A stretch of 64,000 bases of DNA from Macrostomum lignano (GCA_002269645.1 NIVC01002589.1:8783-72782), one strand, 5' to 3'; positions 33,330 through 47,969 are shown, numbered from the stretch's first letter. The notes: generated by a model not told the origin, from the letters alone. Numbers and translations: made by a program.

Positions 33330-34750
33330 AAATGGGAGGGGGAGAGAGAAAGGGTGAGATTAGGAATGAGAGCGGGAGAGAGAGGGTGGGATAAAGAATG
33401 AGAGGGGGAGAGAGAGGAGTTGGGATAAACAATGAGAGGGGAGAGAGAGGGTGGGATAAGAATGAGAGGGGGAGAGAGAGGGTGGGATAAGAATGAGAGC
33501 GGGAGAGAGAGGTGGGATAAAGAATGAGAGCGGGAGAGAGAGGAGTTGGGATAAACAATGAGAGGGGAGAGAGAGGGTGGGATAAGAATGAGAGGGGGAG
33601 AGAGAGGGTGGGATAAGAATAAGAGCGGGAGAGAGAGGGTGGAATAAAGAATGAGAGGGGAGAGAGAGGGTGGGATAAAGAATGAGAGGGGAGAGAGAGG
33701 GTGGGATAAGAATGAAAGTGGGAGAGAGAGGGTGGGATAAAGAATGAGAGCGGGAGAGAGAGGGTGGGATAAAGAATGAGAGCGGAGAGAGAGGGTTGGG
33801 ATAAAGAATGAGAGGGGAGAGAGAGGAGTTGGGATAAAGAATGAGAGGGGAGAGGGTGGGATAAGAATGAGAGGGGAGAGAGAGGGTGGGATAAAGAATG
33901 AGAGGGGAGAGAGAGGAGTTGGGATAAAGAATGAGAGGGGAGAGAGAGGGTGGGATAAGAATGAGAGGGGAGAGAGAGGGTGGGATAAAGAATGAGAGCG
34001 GGAGAGAGAGGAGTTGGGATAAAGAATGAGAGCGGGAGAGAGAGGAGTTGGGATAAAGAATGAGAGGGGAGAGAGAGGGTGGGATAAGAATGAGAGGGGA
34101 GAGAGAGGGTGGGATAAGAATGAGAGGGGAGAGAGAGGGTGGGATAAAGAATGAGAGGGGAGAGAGAGGGTGGGATAAAGAATGAGAGCGGGAGAGAGAG
34201 GGTGGGATAAAGAATGAGAGCGGAGAGAGAGGGTTGGGATAAAGAATGAGAGCGGGAGAGAGAGGAGTTGGGATAAAGAATGAGAGGGGAGAGGGTGGGA
34301 TAAAGAATGAGAGGGGAGAGAGAGGGTGGGATAAAGAATGAGAGGGGAGAGAGAGGGTGGGATAAGAATGAGAGGGGAGAGAGAGGGTGGGATAAACAAT
34401 GAGAGCGGGAGAGAGAGGGTGGGATAAAGAATGAGAGCGGAGAGAGAGGGCTGGGATAAAGAATGAGAGGAGAAGAAGAGGGAGAGATAAGGAATGAGAG
34501 CGGGAGAGAGAGGGTGGGATAAAGAATGAGAGGGGGAGAGAGAGGAGTTGGGATAAAGAATGAGAGGGGAGAGAGAGGGTGGGATAAACAATGAGAGCGG
34601 GAGAGAGAGGGTGGGATAAAGAATGAGAGGGGAGAGAGAGGGTGGGATAAGGAATGAGAGCGGGAGAGAGGGTGGGATAAAGAATGAGAGGGGGAGAGAG
34701 AGGGTGGGATAAAAAGTGAGAGGGGAGAGAGAGGGTTGGGATAAAGAATG
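33330..34750. repeat. 30-33-bp purine-rich minisatellite (~46 units)
   Basis: Unit gggagagagagggtgggataaagaatgagag(c/g). Confidence 0.94.
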
Positions 34751-35232
34751 AAAGGGCAAATTGCGAGTTGCCATTGATTCCCCCAAACAGAAGCAAAATT
34801 CAAACTGAGGCTGCTTGAGAACTGATCTGAGAAATGCTTTTAGCTCCTATGGCAGAAGTGGCAGCAAACATTTGAGGTCAGGTCGCCTGTTGAAGTCAAA
34901 TATTCGAGCCGCATGCATTAGCCAGGCTGTGGCCGAGCGCGATAAAAGCCTCTTCTCTCTGACTTGTCCCCATCAATGGCGTCAAGTGGCCTTAATTGAC
35001 ACCCCGCTGCGGGCCGGGACTGGCATTTGCATTTTTTTGCACATTCGCCACTTTTTCTTTGTCTGATTCTAAGTGGCTGAAATGGAGAAAAAAGTGAAAT
35101 AGAAGGCGGGAGGCGGTTTTCCCAGGCTGAGGTGCAACTTGACAGCTTGACTGACATTTGAAGCCTTCTTTGTTGCTAAGGCTGTTTCTGGGATTGTGAA
35201 TGCGCGAAACTGGCTACTACTTAGATGGATTA

Positions 35233-36210
<978 letters not shown>

Positions 36211-36218
36211 CTCTTACG

Positions 36219-39200
36219 ACTGTCTGTGTGTTTAGCGGGACCTGAGTTATGTTAATGCGTTACGTGGACCACGCAATTCCGGTTAAAAAATAGAGTCTGT
36301 TTTGACAACGCGAAAGGCTAGCTAGGGTTATCTTTTTGTTAACTTGACGGAATAGCCAGTTCGGGGAAACTGTGGTGGTTCACTAACTACGTTTTGGGGA
36401 CCGGGTTAGGTGGACCGCAAAAAACAGTTGGTTTAGTTAGACCTCTTTCGTTGTAGAAAATTTATTGCTTTAAACTGTTCTTTTGAACTAATTAAAACAG
36501 AAATTCTCAAAAAGAACAGATAAAAGGGTTACGACGTCATTTAATGAAAATATCCCAAGTTCAAACCAATTTATTTAGCATTACTAATCGGGTTAATCGG
36601 GTTAAACAAATGTACGATCGCATTAGTTAGTTGCGTCGCGTGAATACAAGAAGGTGAATGAAAATAAAGCATTTTGAAAATAAATACCGAATCATATCAC
36701 ATACTAACTGTAAACTCATTAAAACTAATTTAGGTCAAAATGTATGCTTCAAATACATGTTAACAAACGTAAAATTCCATTAGTTAAAAAAGGTCATCCG
36801 AGTACGAGCCTACAAGAAGTTGAAGGGCATTTTTAATAACGACAAAAGTTACTGAAACTGAAATTAAATTGATTTGACTACATCAGTCCTATTATACTGA
36901 ATGAGTTGGTGAGCAATCATATGATAAGCCAATCATTTTACCGACTTTCATCTTTTCGTTCACGCAGATGATGGCTTAATCTTCTAATTTTTTCTACGAA
37001 ATAGTCTCCTGGACCTTCCCTGCTTCCGTGGTCCGGGACCGCTTCTGTTATTGATCTGTCATTGCCTCTCTCACGAATTTCAGCTTACTCAGCCATCGAA
37101 TCCGCTTACGTCAGCTCAGCTCTATGATGAACCTTTCTATATTTCTCGTCAATTAGTGGTTTGAATCTTCTTTTACAGTTCGTTTTAACCTTCATCTCGG
37201 TGAAACGCAGTCAGTCTCGTCGAGCTCAGGCGAACAAAATCAACCACAGGCTCCTACAAAGGTAGAAAATAAAATTAACTGACAATCAAACAGACACAGA
37301 AATCTGTTCCAGTTGTGTCTGTAGGTTATGTGCACCACCTGAGAGCCAGAGCCTCAAACAGACAGAGAAATCTGTTCGAGTTGTGTCTGTGGGTGAGGTG
37401 AACCACCTTCTGAGAGCCAAAGCCTCAAACAGACTGAGAGAGCTGCTTCAGTTGTGTCTATAGGTTATGTGTACCACCTAAGAGCCAGAGCCTCAAACAG
37501 ACAGAGAAATCTGTTCGAGTTGTGTCTGTAGGTTAGGTGGACCACCTTCTGAGAGCCAAAGCCTCAAACAGACTGAGAGAGCTACTTCAGTTGTGTCTGT
37601 AGGTTATGTGGACCACCTAAGAGCCAGAGCCTCAAACATACAGAGAAATCTGTTCGAGTTGTGTCTGTAGGTTAGGTGGACCAGCTACTCCACAGCACTT
37701 CTAGGCGATAATCTGAGCCAGGAATCTCCGAGAGCCTCTCGTTACACATCCAGATGTTCTGCCTTGATGCTGGACTAGCTCACTTTCTAGGAATCTGTTC
37801 TGATTGCATTCTAACAAAATGAAGCATTCTCGGCACTAAACTTTCTCGGCGGCTCTGAGATCCAGAGCCTCAAACAGACAGAAATCTGTTCGAGTTGTGT
37901 CTGTAGGTTAGGTGGACCAGCTACTCCACAGCACTTCTAGGCGATAATCTGAGCCAGGAATCTCCGAGAGCCTCTCTTTACACATTCAGATGTTCTGCCT
38001 TGATGCTGGACTAGCTCACTTTCTAGGAATCTGTTCTGATTGCATTCTAACATACTGAAGCATTCTCGGCACTAAACTTTCTCGGCGGCTCTGAGAGCCA
38101 GAGCCTCAAACAGACAGAGAAATCTGTTCGAGTTGTTTCTGTAGGTTAGGTGGACCAGCTACTGAGAGCCAAATCCTCAAACAGACTGAGAGAGCTGCTT
38201 CAGTTGTGTCTGTAGGTTATGTGGACCACCTAAGAGCCAGAGCCCTAAACAGACAGAGAAATCTGTTCGAGTTGTGTCTGTAGGTTAGGCGGACCAGCTA
38301 CTCCACAGCACTTCTAGGCGATAATCTGAGCCAGGAATCTCCGAGAGCCTCTCCTTACACATCCAGATGTTCTGCCTTGATGCTGGACTAGCTCACTTTC
38401 TAGGAATCTGTTCTGATTGCATTCTAACAAACTGAAGCATTCTCGGCACTAAACTTTCTCGGCGGCTCTAAGAGCCAGAGCCTCAAACAGACAGAGAAAT
38501 CTGTTCGAGTTGTTTCTGTAGGTTAGGTGGACCAGCTATTCTACAGCACTTCTAGGCGATAATCTGAGCCAGGAATCTCCGAGAGCCTCTCCTTACACAT
38601 CCAGATGTTCTGCCTTGATGCTGGACTAGCTCACTTTCTAGGAATCTGTTCTGATTGCATTCTAACAAACTGAAGCATTCTCGGCACTAAACTTTCTCGG
38701 CGGCTCTAAGAGCCAGAGCCTCAAACAGACAGAGAAATCTGTTCGAGTTGTTTCTGTAGGTTAGGTGGACCAGCTATTCTACAGCACTTCTAGGCGATAA
38801 TCTGAGCCAGGAATCTCCGAGAGCCTCTCCTTACACATCCAGATGTTCTGCCTTGATGCTGGACTAGCTCACTTTCTAGGAATCTGTTCTGATTGCATTC
38901 TAACATACTGAAGCATTCTCGGCACTAAACTTTCTCGGCGGCTCTGAGAGCCAGAGCCTCAAACAGACAGAGAAATCTGTTCGAGTTGTTTCTGTAGGTT
39001 AGGTGGACCAGCTATTCTACAGCACTTCTGGGCGATAATCTGAGCCAGGAATCTGCGAGAGCCTCTCTTTACACATTCAGATGTTCTGCCTTGATGCTGG
39101 ACTAGCTCACTTTCTAGGAATCTGTTCTGATTGCATTCTAACATACTGAAGCATTCTCGGCACTAAGCTTTCTCGGCGGCTCTGAGAGCCAGAGCCCTAA

Positions 39201-42200
39201 ACAGACAGAAATCTGTTCGAGTTGTTTCTGTAGGTTAGGTGGACCAGCTACTCCACAGCACTTCTAGGCGATAATCTGAGCCAGGAATCTCCGAGAGCCT
39301 CTCTTTACACATTCAGATGTTCTGCCTTGATGCTGGACTAGCTCACTTTCTAGGAATCTGTTCTGATTGCATTCTAACATACTGAAGCATTCTCGGCACT
39401 AAACTTTCTCGGCGGCTCTGAGAGCCAGAGCCTTAAACAGACAGAGAAATCTGTTCGAGTTGTGTCTGTAGGTTAGGTGGACCAGCTACTGAGAGCCAAA
39501 TCCTCAAACAGACTGAGAGAGCTGCTTCAGTTGTGTCTGTAGGTTATGTGGACCACCTAAGAGCCAGAGCCCTAAACAGACAGAGAAATCTGTTCGAGTT
39601 GTGTCTGTTGGTTAGGCGGACCAGCTACTCCACAGCACTTCTAGGCGATAATCTGAGCCAGGAATCTCCGAGAGCCTCTCCTTACACATCCAGATGTTCT
39701 GCCTTGATGCTGGACTAGCTCACTTTCTAGGAATCTGTTCTGATTGCATTCTAACAAACTGAAGCATTCTCGGCACTAAACTTTCTCGGCGGCTCTAAGA
39801 GCCAGAGCCTCAAACAGACAGAGAAATCTGTTCGAGTTGTTTCTGTAGGTTAGGTGGACCAGCTATTCTACAGCACTTCTAGGCGATAATCTGAGCCAGG
39901 AATCTCCGAGAGCCTCTCTTTACACATTCAGATGTTCTGCCTTGATGCTGGACTAGCTCACTTTCTAGGAATCTGTTCTGATTGCATTCTAACATACTGA
40001 AGCATTCTCGGCACTAAACTTTCTCGGCGGCTCTGAGAGCCAGAGCCTCAAACAGACAGAGAAATCTGTTCGAGTTGTTTCTGTAGGTTAGGTGGACCAG
40101 CTATTCTACAGCACTTCTGGGCGATAATCTGAGCCAGGAATCTCCGAGAGCCTCTCTTTACACATTCAGATGTTCTGCCTTGATGCTGGACTAGCTCACT
40201 TTCTAGGAATCTGTTCTGATTGCATTCTAACATACTGAAGCATTCTCGGCACTAAGCTTTCTCGGCGGCTCTGAGAGCCAGAGCCCTAAACAGACAGAAA
40301 TCTGTTCGAGTTGTGTCTGTAGGTTAGGTGGACCAGCTACTCCACAGCACTTCTAGGCGATAATCTGAGCCAGGAATCTCCGAGAGCCTCTCTTTACACA
40401 TTCAGATGTTCTGCCTTGATGCTGGACTAGCTCACTTTCTAGGAATCTGTTCTGATTGCATTCTAACATACTGAAGCATTCTCGGCACTAAACTTTCTCG
40501 GCGGCTCTGAGAGCCAGAGCCTTAAACAGACAGAGAAATCTGTTCGAGTTGTGTCTGTAGGTTAGGTGGACCAGCTACTGAGAGCCAAATCCTCAAACAG
40601 ACTGAGAGAGCTGCTTCAGTTGTGTCTGTAGGTTATGTAAACCACCTAAGAGCCAGAGCCCTAAACAGACAGAGAAATCTGTTCGAGTTGTGTCTGTAGG
40701 TTAGGCGGACCAGCTACTCCACAGCACTTCTAGGCGATAATCTGAGCCAGGAATCTCCGAGAGCCTCTCCTTACACATCCAGATGTTCTGCCTTGATGCT
40801 GGACTAGCTCACTTTCTAGGAATCTGTTCTGATTGCATTCTAACAAACTGAAGCATTCTCGGCACTAAACTTTCTCGGCGGCTCTAAGAGCCAGAGCCTC
40901 AAACAGACAGAGAAATCTGTTCGAGTTGTTTCTGTAGGTTAGGTGGACCAGCTATTCTACAGCACTTCTAGGCGATAATCTGAGCCAGGAATCTCCGAGA
41001 GCCTCTCTTTACACATTCAGATGTTCTGCCTTGATGCTGGACTAGCTCACTTTCTAGGAATCTGTTCTGATTGCATTCTAACATACTGAAGCATTCTCGG
41101 CACTAAACTTTCTCGGCGGCTCTGAGAGCCAGAGCCTCAAACAGACAGAGAAATCTGTTCGAGTTGTTTCTGTAGGTTAGGTGGACCAGCTATTCTACAG
41201 CACTTCTGGGCGATAATCTGAGCCAGGAATCTCCGAGAGCCTCTCTTTACACATTCAGATGTTCTGCCTTGATGCTGGACTAGCTCACTTTCTAGGAATC
41301 TGTTCTGATTGCATTCTAACATACTGAAGCATTCTCGGCACTAAGCTTTCTCGGCGGCTCTGAGAGCCAGAGCCCTAAACAGACAGAAATCTGTTCGAGT
41401 TGTGTCTGTAGGTTAGGTGGACCAGCTACTCCACAGCACTTCTAGGCGATAATCTGAGCCAGGAATCTCCGAGAGCCTCTCTTTACACATTCAGATGTTC
41501 TGCCTTGATGCTGGACTAGCTCACTTTCTAGGAATCTGTTCTGATTGCATTCTAACATACTGAAGCATTCTCGGCACTAAACTTTCTCGGCGGCTCTGAG
41601 AGCCAGAGCCTTAAACAGACAGAGAAATCTGTTCGAGTTGTGTCTGTAGGTTAGGTGGACCAGCTACTGAGAGCCAAATCCTCAAACAGACTGAGAGAGC
41701 TGCTTCAGTTGTGTCTGTAGGTTATGTAAACCACCTAAGAGCCAGAGCCCTAAACAGACAGAGAAATCTGTTCGAGTTGTGTCTGTAGGTTAGGCGGACC
41801 AGCTACTCCACAGCACTTCTAGGCGATAATCTGAGCCAGGAATCTCCGAGAGCCTCTCCTTACACATCCAGATGTTCTGCCTTGATGCTGGACTAGCTCA
41901 CTTTCTAGGAATCTGTTCTGATTGCATTCTAACAAACTGAAGCATTCTCGGCACTAAACTTTCTCGGCGGCTCTAAGAGCCAGAGCCTCAAACAGACAGA
42001 GAAATCTGTTCGAGTTGTTTCTGTAGGTTAGGTGGACCAGCTATTCTACAGCACTTCTAGGCGATAATCTGAGCCAGGAATCTCCGAGAGCCTCTCCTTA
42101 CACATCCAGATGTTCTGCCTTGATGCTGGACTAGCTCACTTTCTAGGAATCTGTTCTGATTGCATTCTAACATACTGAAGCATTCTCGGCACTAAACTTT

Positions 42201-45200
42201 CTCGGCGGCTCTGAGAGCCAGAGCCTTAAACAGACAGAGAAATCTGTTCGAGTTGTGTCTGTAGGTTAGGTGGACCAGCTACTGAGAGCCAAATCCTCAA
42301 ACAGACTGAGAGAGCTGCTTCAGTTGTGTCTGTAGGTTATGTGGACCACCTAAGAGCCAGAGCCCTAAACAGACAGAGAAATCTGTTCGAGTTGTGTCTG
42401 TAGGTTAGGCGGACCAGCTACTCCACAGCACTTCTAGGCGATAATCTGAGCCAGGAATCTCCGAGAGCCTCTCCTTACACATCCAGATGTTCTGCCTTGA
42501 TGCTGGACTAGCTCACTTTCTAGGAATCTGTTCTGATTGCATTCTAACAAACTGAAGCATTCTCGGCACTAAACTTTCTCGGCGGCTCTAAGAGCCAGAG
42601 CCTCAAACAGACAGAGAAATCTGTTCGAGTTGTTTCTGTAGGTTAGGTGGACCAGCTATTCTACAGCACTTCTAGGCGATAATCTGAGCCAGGAATCTCC
42701 GAGAGCCTCTCCTTACACATCCAGATGTTCTGCCTTGATGCTGGACTAGCTCACTTTCTAGGAATCTGTTCTGATTGCATTCTAACATACTGAAGCATTC
42801 TCGGCACTAAACTTTCTCGGCGGCTCTGAGAGCCAGAGCCTCAAACAGACAGAGAAATCTGTTCGAGTTGTTTCTGTAGGTTAGGTGGACCAGCTATTCT
42901 ACAGCACTTCTGGGCGATAATCTGAGCCAGGAATCTCCGAGAGCCTCTCTTTACACATTCAGATGTTCTGCCTTGATGCTGGACTAGCTCACTTTCTAGG
43001 AATCTGTTCTGATTGCATTCTAACATACTGAAGCATTCTCGGCACTAAGCTTTCTCGGCGGCTCTGAGAGCCAGAGCCCTAAACAGACAGAGAAATCTGT
43101 TCGAGTTGTTTCTGTAGGTTAGGTGGACCAGCTACTCCACAGCACTTCTAGGCGATAATCTGAGCCAGGAATCTCCGAGAGCCTCTCTTTACACATTCAG
43201 ATGTTCTGCCTTGATGCTGGACTAGCTCACTTTCTAGGAATCTGTTCTGATTGCATTCTAACATACTGAAGCATTCTCGGCACTAAACTTTCTCGGCGGC
43301 TCTGAGAGCCAGAGCCTCAAACAGACAGAGAAATCTGTTCGAGTTGTTTCTGTAGGTTAGGTGGACCAGCTATTCTACAGCACTTCTAGGCGATAATCTG
43401 AGCCAGGAATCTCCGAGAGCCTCTCCTTACACATCCAGATGTTCTGCCTTGATGCTGGACTAGCTCACTTTCTAGGAATCTGTTCTGATTGCATTCTAAC
43501 ATACTGAAGCATTCTCGGCACTAAACTTTCTCGGCGGCTCTGAGAGCCAGAGCCTCAAACAGACAGAGAAATCTGTTCGAGTTGTTTCTGTAGGTTAGGT
43601 GGACCAGCTATTCTACAGCACTTCTGGGCGATAATCTGAGCCAGGAATCTCCGAGAGCCTCTCTTTACACATTCAGATGTTCTGCCTTGATGCTGGACTA
43701 GCTCACTTTCTAGGAATCTGTTCTGATTGCATTCTAACATACTGAAGCATTCTCGGCACTAAGCTTTCTCGGCGGCTCTGAGAGCCAGAGCCCTAAACAG
43801 ACAGAGAATCTGTTCGAGTTGTTTCTGTAGGTTAGGTGGACCAGCTACTCCACAGCACTTCTAGGCGATAATCTGAGCCAGGAATCTCCGAGAGCCTCTC
43901 TTTACACATTCAGATGTTCTGCCTTGATGCTGGACTAGCTCACTTTCTAGGAATCTGTTCTGATTGCATTCTAACATACTGAAGCATTCTCGGCACTAAA
44001 CTTTCTCGGCGGCTCTGAGAGCCAGAGCCTTAAACAGACAGAGAAATCTGTTCGAGTTGTGTCTGTAGGTTAGGTGGACCAGCTACTGAGAGCCAAATCC
44101 TCAAACAGACTGAGAGAGCTGCTTCAGTTGTGTCTGTAGGTTATGTGGACCACCTAAGAGCCAGAGCCTAAACAGACAGAGAAATCTGTTCGAGTTGTGT
44201 CTGTAGGTTAGGCGGACCAGCTACTCCACAGCACTTCTAGGCGATAATCTGAGCCAGGAATCTCCGAGAGCCTCTCCTTACACATCCAGATGTTCTGCCT
44301 TGATGCTGGACTAGCTCACTTTCTAGGAATATGTTCTGATTGCATTCTAATAAACTGAAGCATTCTCGGCACTAAACTTTCTCGGCGGCTCTGAGATCCA
44401 GAGCCTCAAACAGACAGAAATCTGTTCGAGTTGTGTCTGCAGGTTAGGTGGACCAGCTACTCCAAAGCACTTCTAGGCGATAATCTGAGCCAGGAATCTC
44501 CGAGAGCCTCTCTTTACACATTCAGATGTTCTGCCTTGATGCTGGACTAGCTCACTTTCTAGGAATCTGTTCTGATTGCATTCTAACATACTGAAGCATT
44601 CTCGGCACTAAACTTTCTCGGCGGCTCTGAGAGCCAGAGCCTTAAACAGACAGAGAAATCTGTTCGAGTTGTGTCTGTAGGTTAGGTGGACCAGCTACTG
44701 AAAGCCAAATCCTCAAACAGACTGAGAGAGCTGCTTCAGTTGTGTCTGTAGGTTATGTGGACCACCTAAGAGCCAGAGCCTCAAACAGACAGAGAAATCT
44801 GTTCGAGTTGTTTCTGTAGGTTAGGTGGACCAGCTATTCTACAGCACTTCTAGGCGATAATCTGAGCCAGGAATCTCCGAGAGCCTCTCTTTACACATTC
44901 AGATGTTCTGCCTTGATGCTGGACTAGCTCACTTTCTAGGAATCTGTTCTGATTGCATTCTAACATACTGAAGCATTCTCGGCACTAAACTTTCTCGGCG
45001 GCTCTGAGAGCCAGAGCCTCAAACAGACAGAGAAATCTGTTCGAGTTGTTCTGTAGGTTAGGTGGACCAGCTATTCTACAGCACTTCTGGGCGATAATCT
45101 GAGCCAGGAATCTCCGAGAGCCTCTCTTACACATTCAGATGTTCTGCCTTGATGCTGGACTAGCTCACTTTCTAGGAATCTGTTCTGATTGCATTCTAAC

Positions 45201-47967
45201 ATACTGAAGCATTCTCGGCACTAAGCTTTCTCGGCGGCTCTGAGAGCCAGAGCCCTAAACAGACAGAAATCTGTTCGAGTTGTTCTGTAGGTTAGGTGGA
45301 CCAGCTACTCCACAGCACTTCTAGGCGATAATCTGAGCCAGGAATCTCCGAGAGCCTTTCTTTACACATTCAGATGTTCTGCCTTGATGCTGGACTAGCT
45401 CACTTTCTAGGAATCTGTTCTGATTGCATTCTAACATACTGAAGCATTCTCGGCACTAAACTTTCTCGGCGGCTCTGAGAGCCAGAGCCTTAAACAGACA
45501 GAGAAATCTGTTCGAGTTGTGTCTGTAGGTTAGGTGGACCAGCTACTGAGAGCCAAATCCTCAAACAGACTGAGAGAGCTGCTTCAGTTGTGTCTGTAGG
45601 TTATGTGGACCACCTAAGAGCCAGAGCCCTAAACAGACAGAGAAATCTGTTCGAGTTGTGTCTGTAGGTTAGGCGGACCAGCTACTCCACAGCACTTCTA
45701 GGCGATAATCTGAGCCAGGAATCTCCGAGAGCCTCTCCTTACACATCCAGATGTTCTGCCTTGATGCTGGACTAGCTCACTTTCTAGGAATATGTTCTGA
45801 TTGCATTCTAATAAACTGAAGCATTCTCGGCACTAAACTTTCTCGGCGGCTCTGAGATCCAGAGCCTCAAACAGACAGAAATCTGTTCGAGTTGTGTCTG
45901 CAGGTTAGGCGGACCAGCTACTCCACAGCACTTCTAGGCGATAATCTGAGCCAGGAGTCTCCGAGAGACTTTCGTTACACATCCAGATGTTCTGCCTTGA
46001 TGCTGGACTAGCTCACTTTCTAGGAATATGTTCTGATTGCATTCTAACAAAATGAAGCATTCTCGGCACTAAACTTTCTCGGCGGCTCTGAGAGCCAGAG
46101 CCTTAAACAGACAGAGAAATCTGTTCGAGTTGTGTCTGTAGGTTAGGTGGACCACCTTCTGAGAGCCAAAGCCTCAAACAGACTGAGAGAGCTGATTCAG
46201 TTGTGTCTGTAGGTTAGGTGGACCAGCTTCTCTACAGCAATTGAGTTGCAGGCCTTGCAGCTAGCTACTTTGAGATCATCAAACGAAACTCACTTTTCTG
46301 GACTCGGTGTCGACGGATTTGCGAGCGATTTGCGATTTTCACCAGGCGATGCGGCTTCTTCGATTTCGCAGTGGCTTTTTGTGACGGTGTTTTTTTAGTT
46401 TTTATTTTAGGCCTGGCGTCCTTTTTTGCGGGTCATCATATCTTGGTTGTAGATTACAGTTTTTGGCACAATAAATTTATATATGGATGAAACTTGGAGT
46501 AAGGATTAACATTAGACCTATTAAGTATAAAAAAACGTTCTAATCTATACAATTGCAGTCCTTTAGAGTTGTATAGTATGGATTATAAGTACTTTCTTTT
46601 AAACTGTCTGTGTCTGGTCTCACTACGCCATGGTTTACGTGGACCACCCGCTTAGACATTATATATCCCTCTCTCCACTGTCTTACCTTCAGAACGCTTG
46701 CGGGTTTCCTATTGGCTGCGGTCGGTCCCATTGTTGGGGTGGATCTATCCTCCTAAGTGTTAACCAGCCAATTATAGATAGGGAGGTCTGTCTGTCTGTC
46801 TGTTCCAACCCTATACTCCTGCACATGTGTTTACGTGGACCAAACAGACAGTGAGTGTTAGGCTGACTGTTAATGCGTTCTTAGTTTTACTGGGACCGCA
46901 ATCAAGTCGACCTTTTGCTAGAGAGTCAGAGACCCGATCGCTAGCTAAAAGGCCCTTCTTAATTGCGTCCTCTTGATCAAATCTTTTGCATGTACATGTA
47001 TGAATTGTCCTTTTCAATTAGGTAAATTGCATCTTCAACTTTGCACTTGAAAGGCTGCAGCTTAGGATCTTCTTCTTCCAACATTGGAGGAGGATAGAAC
47101 AGGATATCCCATAGTGTTTAGGATAGAATTGGCAAGCACTTAATTCATGAAGTTGCTATTTTCTTCTTGTGTAATGGTAGAGCCTCAGAAATTCGCATTT
47201 ACACAGTGTGGCTATCAAGGACCACTGGGAGTTCTTGAGAAGTCATTGAAGAATACTGTTTAGGCTTCACTTAAATATCTTTCTTGTCTCGGAGTCTTTA
47301 TCGTTTGATCTGGTTAGCGAATTGGATTTCTTTACGTTGGTGTCTTACTCTGTGAGTCTGTGCTCAGAGTACGATACCGGAATTGCTGGAACTGAGCTAA
47401 TTAAATGGAGTTTAAAGTTTACTGTATCAAATTCATTTCGCATACGAGGTTTCAGAATTTTTAATTAACCTGCGTACCTACTTGAATGTCAAAGAACTGA
47501 ACGCATATTGTTTTAAAGCCAGTAGCGGTCATAAATGATGCCAACATAGCCCTTTGTTCGTAAGGTAATGATCTGTAAAAAATTCAGTTTTGCATCGAAT
47601 CTATGCTTAATAACTGCTATACACAAACAGACACAAACAGACACAAACAGACACAAACAGACGATTTTCGAAAAATTTTCTAAAATTTTTCGGTTTACGT
47701 GGACCAGACTCGCTCGTTTAGGTAGACCAGGCTGGAGGTCCAGCTAAACTGAAATGCAAATAACTTTGGAAAAAACCATGCTAGACATCCCAAAATTGCT
47801 TAAGCCTTTCTTGACCCGCCTGACATTAATGTGAGATCCTCATCAACGTCTTAACCCCACCAGAGACAAAATTATTTGGTGGTCCACCTAAGTGGTCTAC
47901 CTACACCGGTGGTCCAGCTAACGAGGCTACTGAACTTCCAAAAAGTCCACGTAAACACACAGACAGT
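36219..47967. mobile_element. Possible DNA-transposon-derived domain bounded by a 16-bp inverted repeat and containing the satellite array
   Basis: ACTGTCTGTGTGTTTA (36219-36234) / TAAACACACAGACAGT (47952-47967), each next to a GACA array, with a shared internal TTA(C/G)GTGGACC motif. No TSD or transposase recognised. Confidence 0.35.
37285..46235. repeat. Composite satellite, ~9 kb: 238-bp monomers plus 68/71-bp subunits, with a 1089-bp higher-order repeat
   Basis: Monomer period 238 (38461 to 38699). The same short ORF recurs at 38959, 40048 and 41137 (1089-bp spacing) and at 42841 and 43555 (714 = 3x238). Confidence 0.97.
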
Positions 47968-47969
47968 AG

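Noticed and set aside
36890-37195. Minus-strand frames broken only by TAA (also near 46290-46437), hinting at stop-codon reassignment or a decayed gene around the satellite
   Set aside because: Stop density is close to random expectation, TGA appears on extension, nearby real genes use TAA/TAG/TGA as stops, and I recognise no homology.
37285-46235. CRISPR-like array or repeat-encoded protein (recurring 61-aa ORF)
   Set aside because: The inter-repeat segments are themselves identical (no unique spacers), there are no cas genes, and the context is eukaryotic. The 238-bp period is not a multiple of 3 and every frame has stops.
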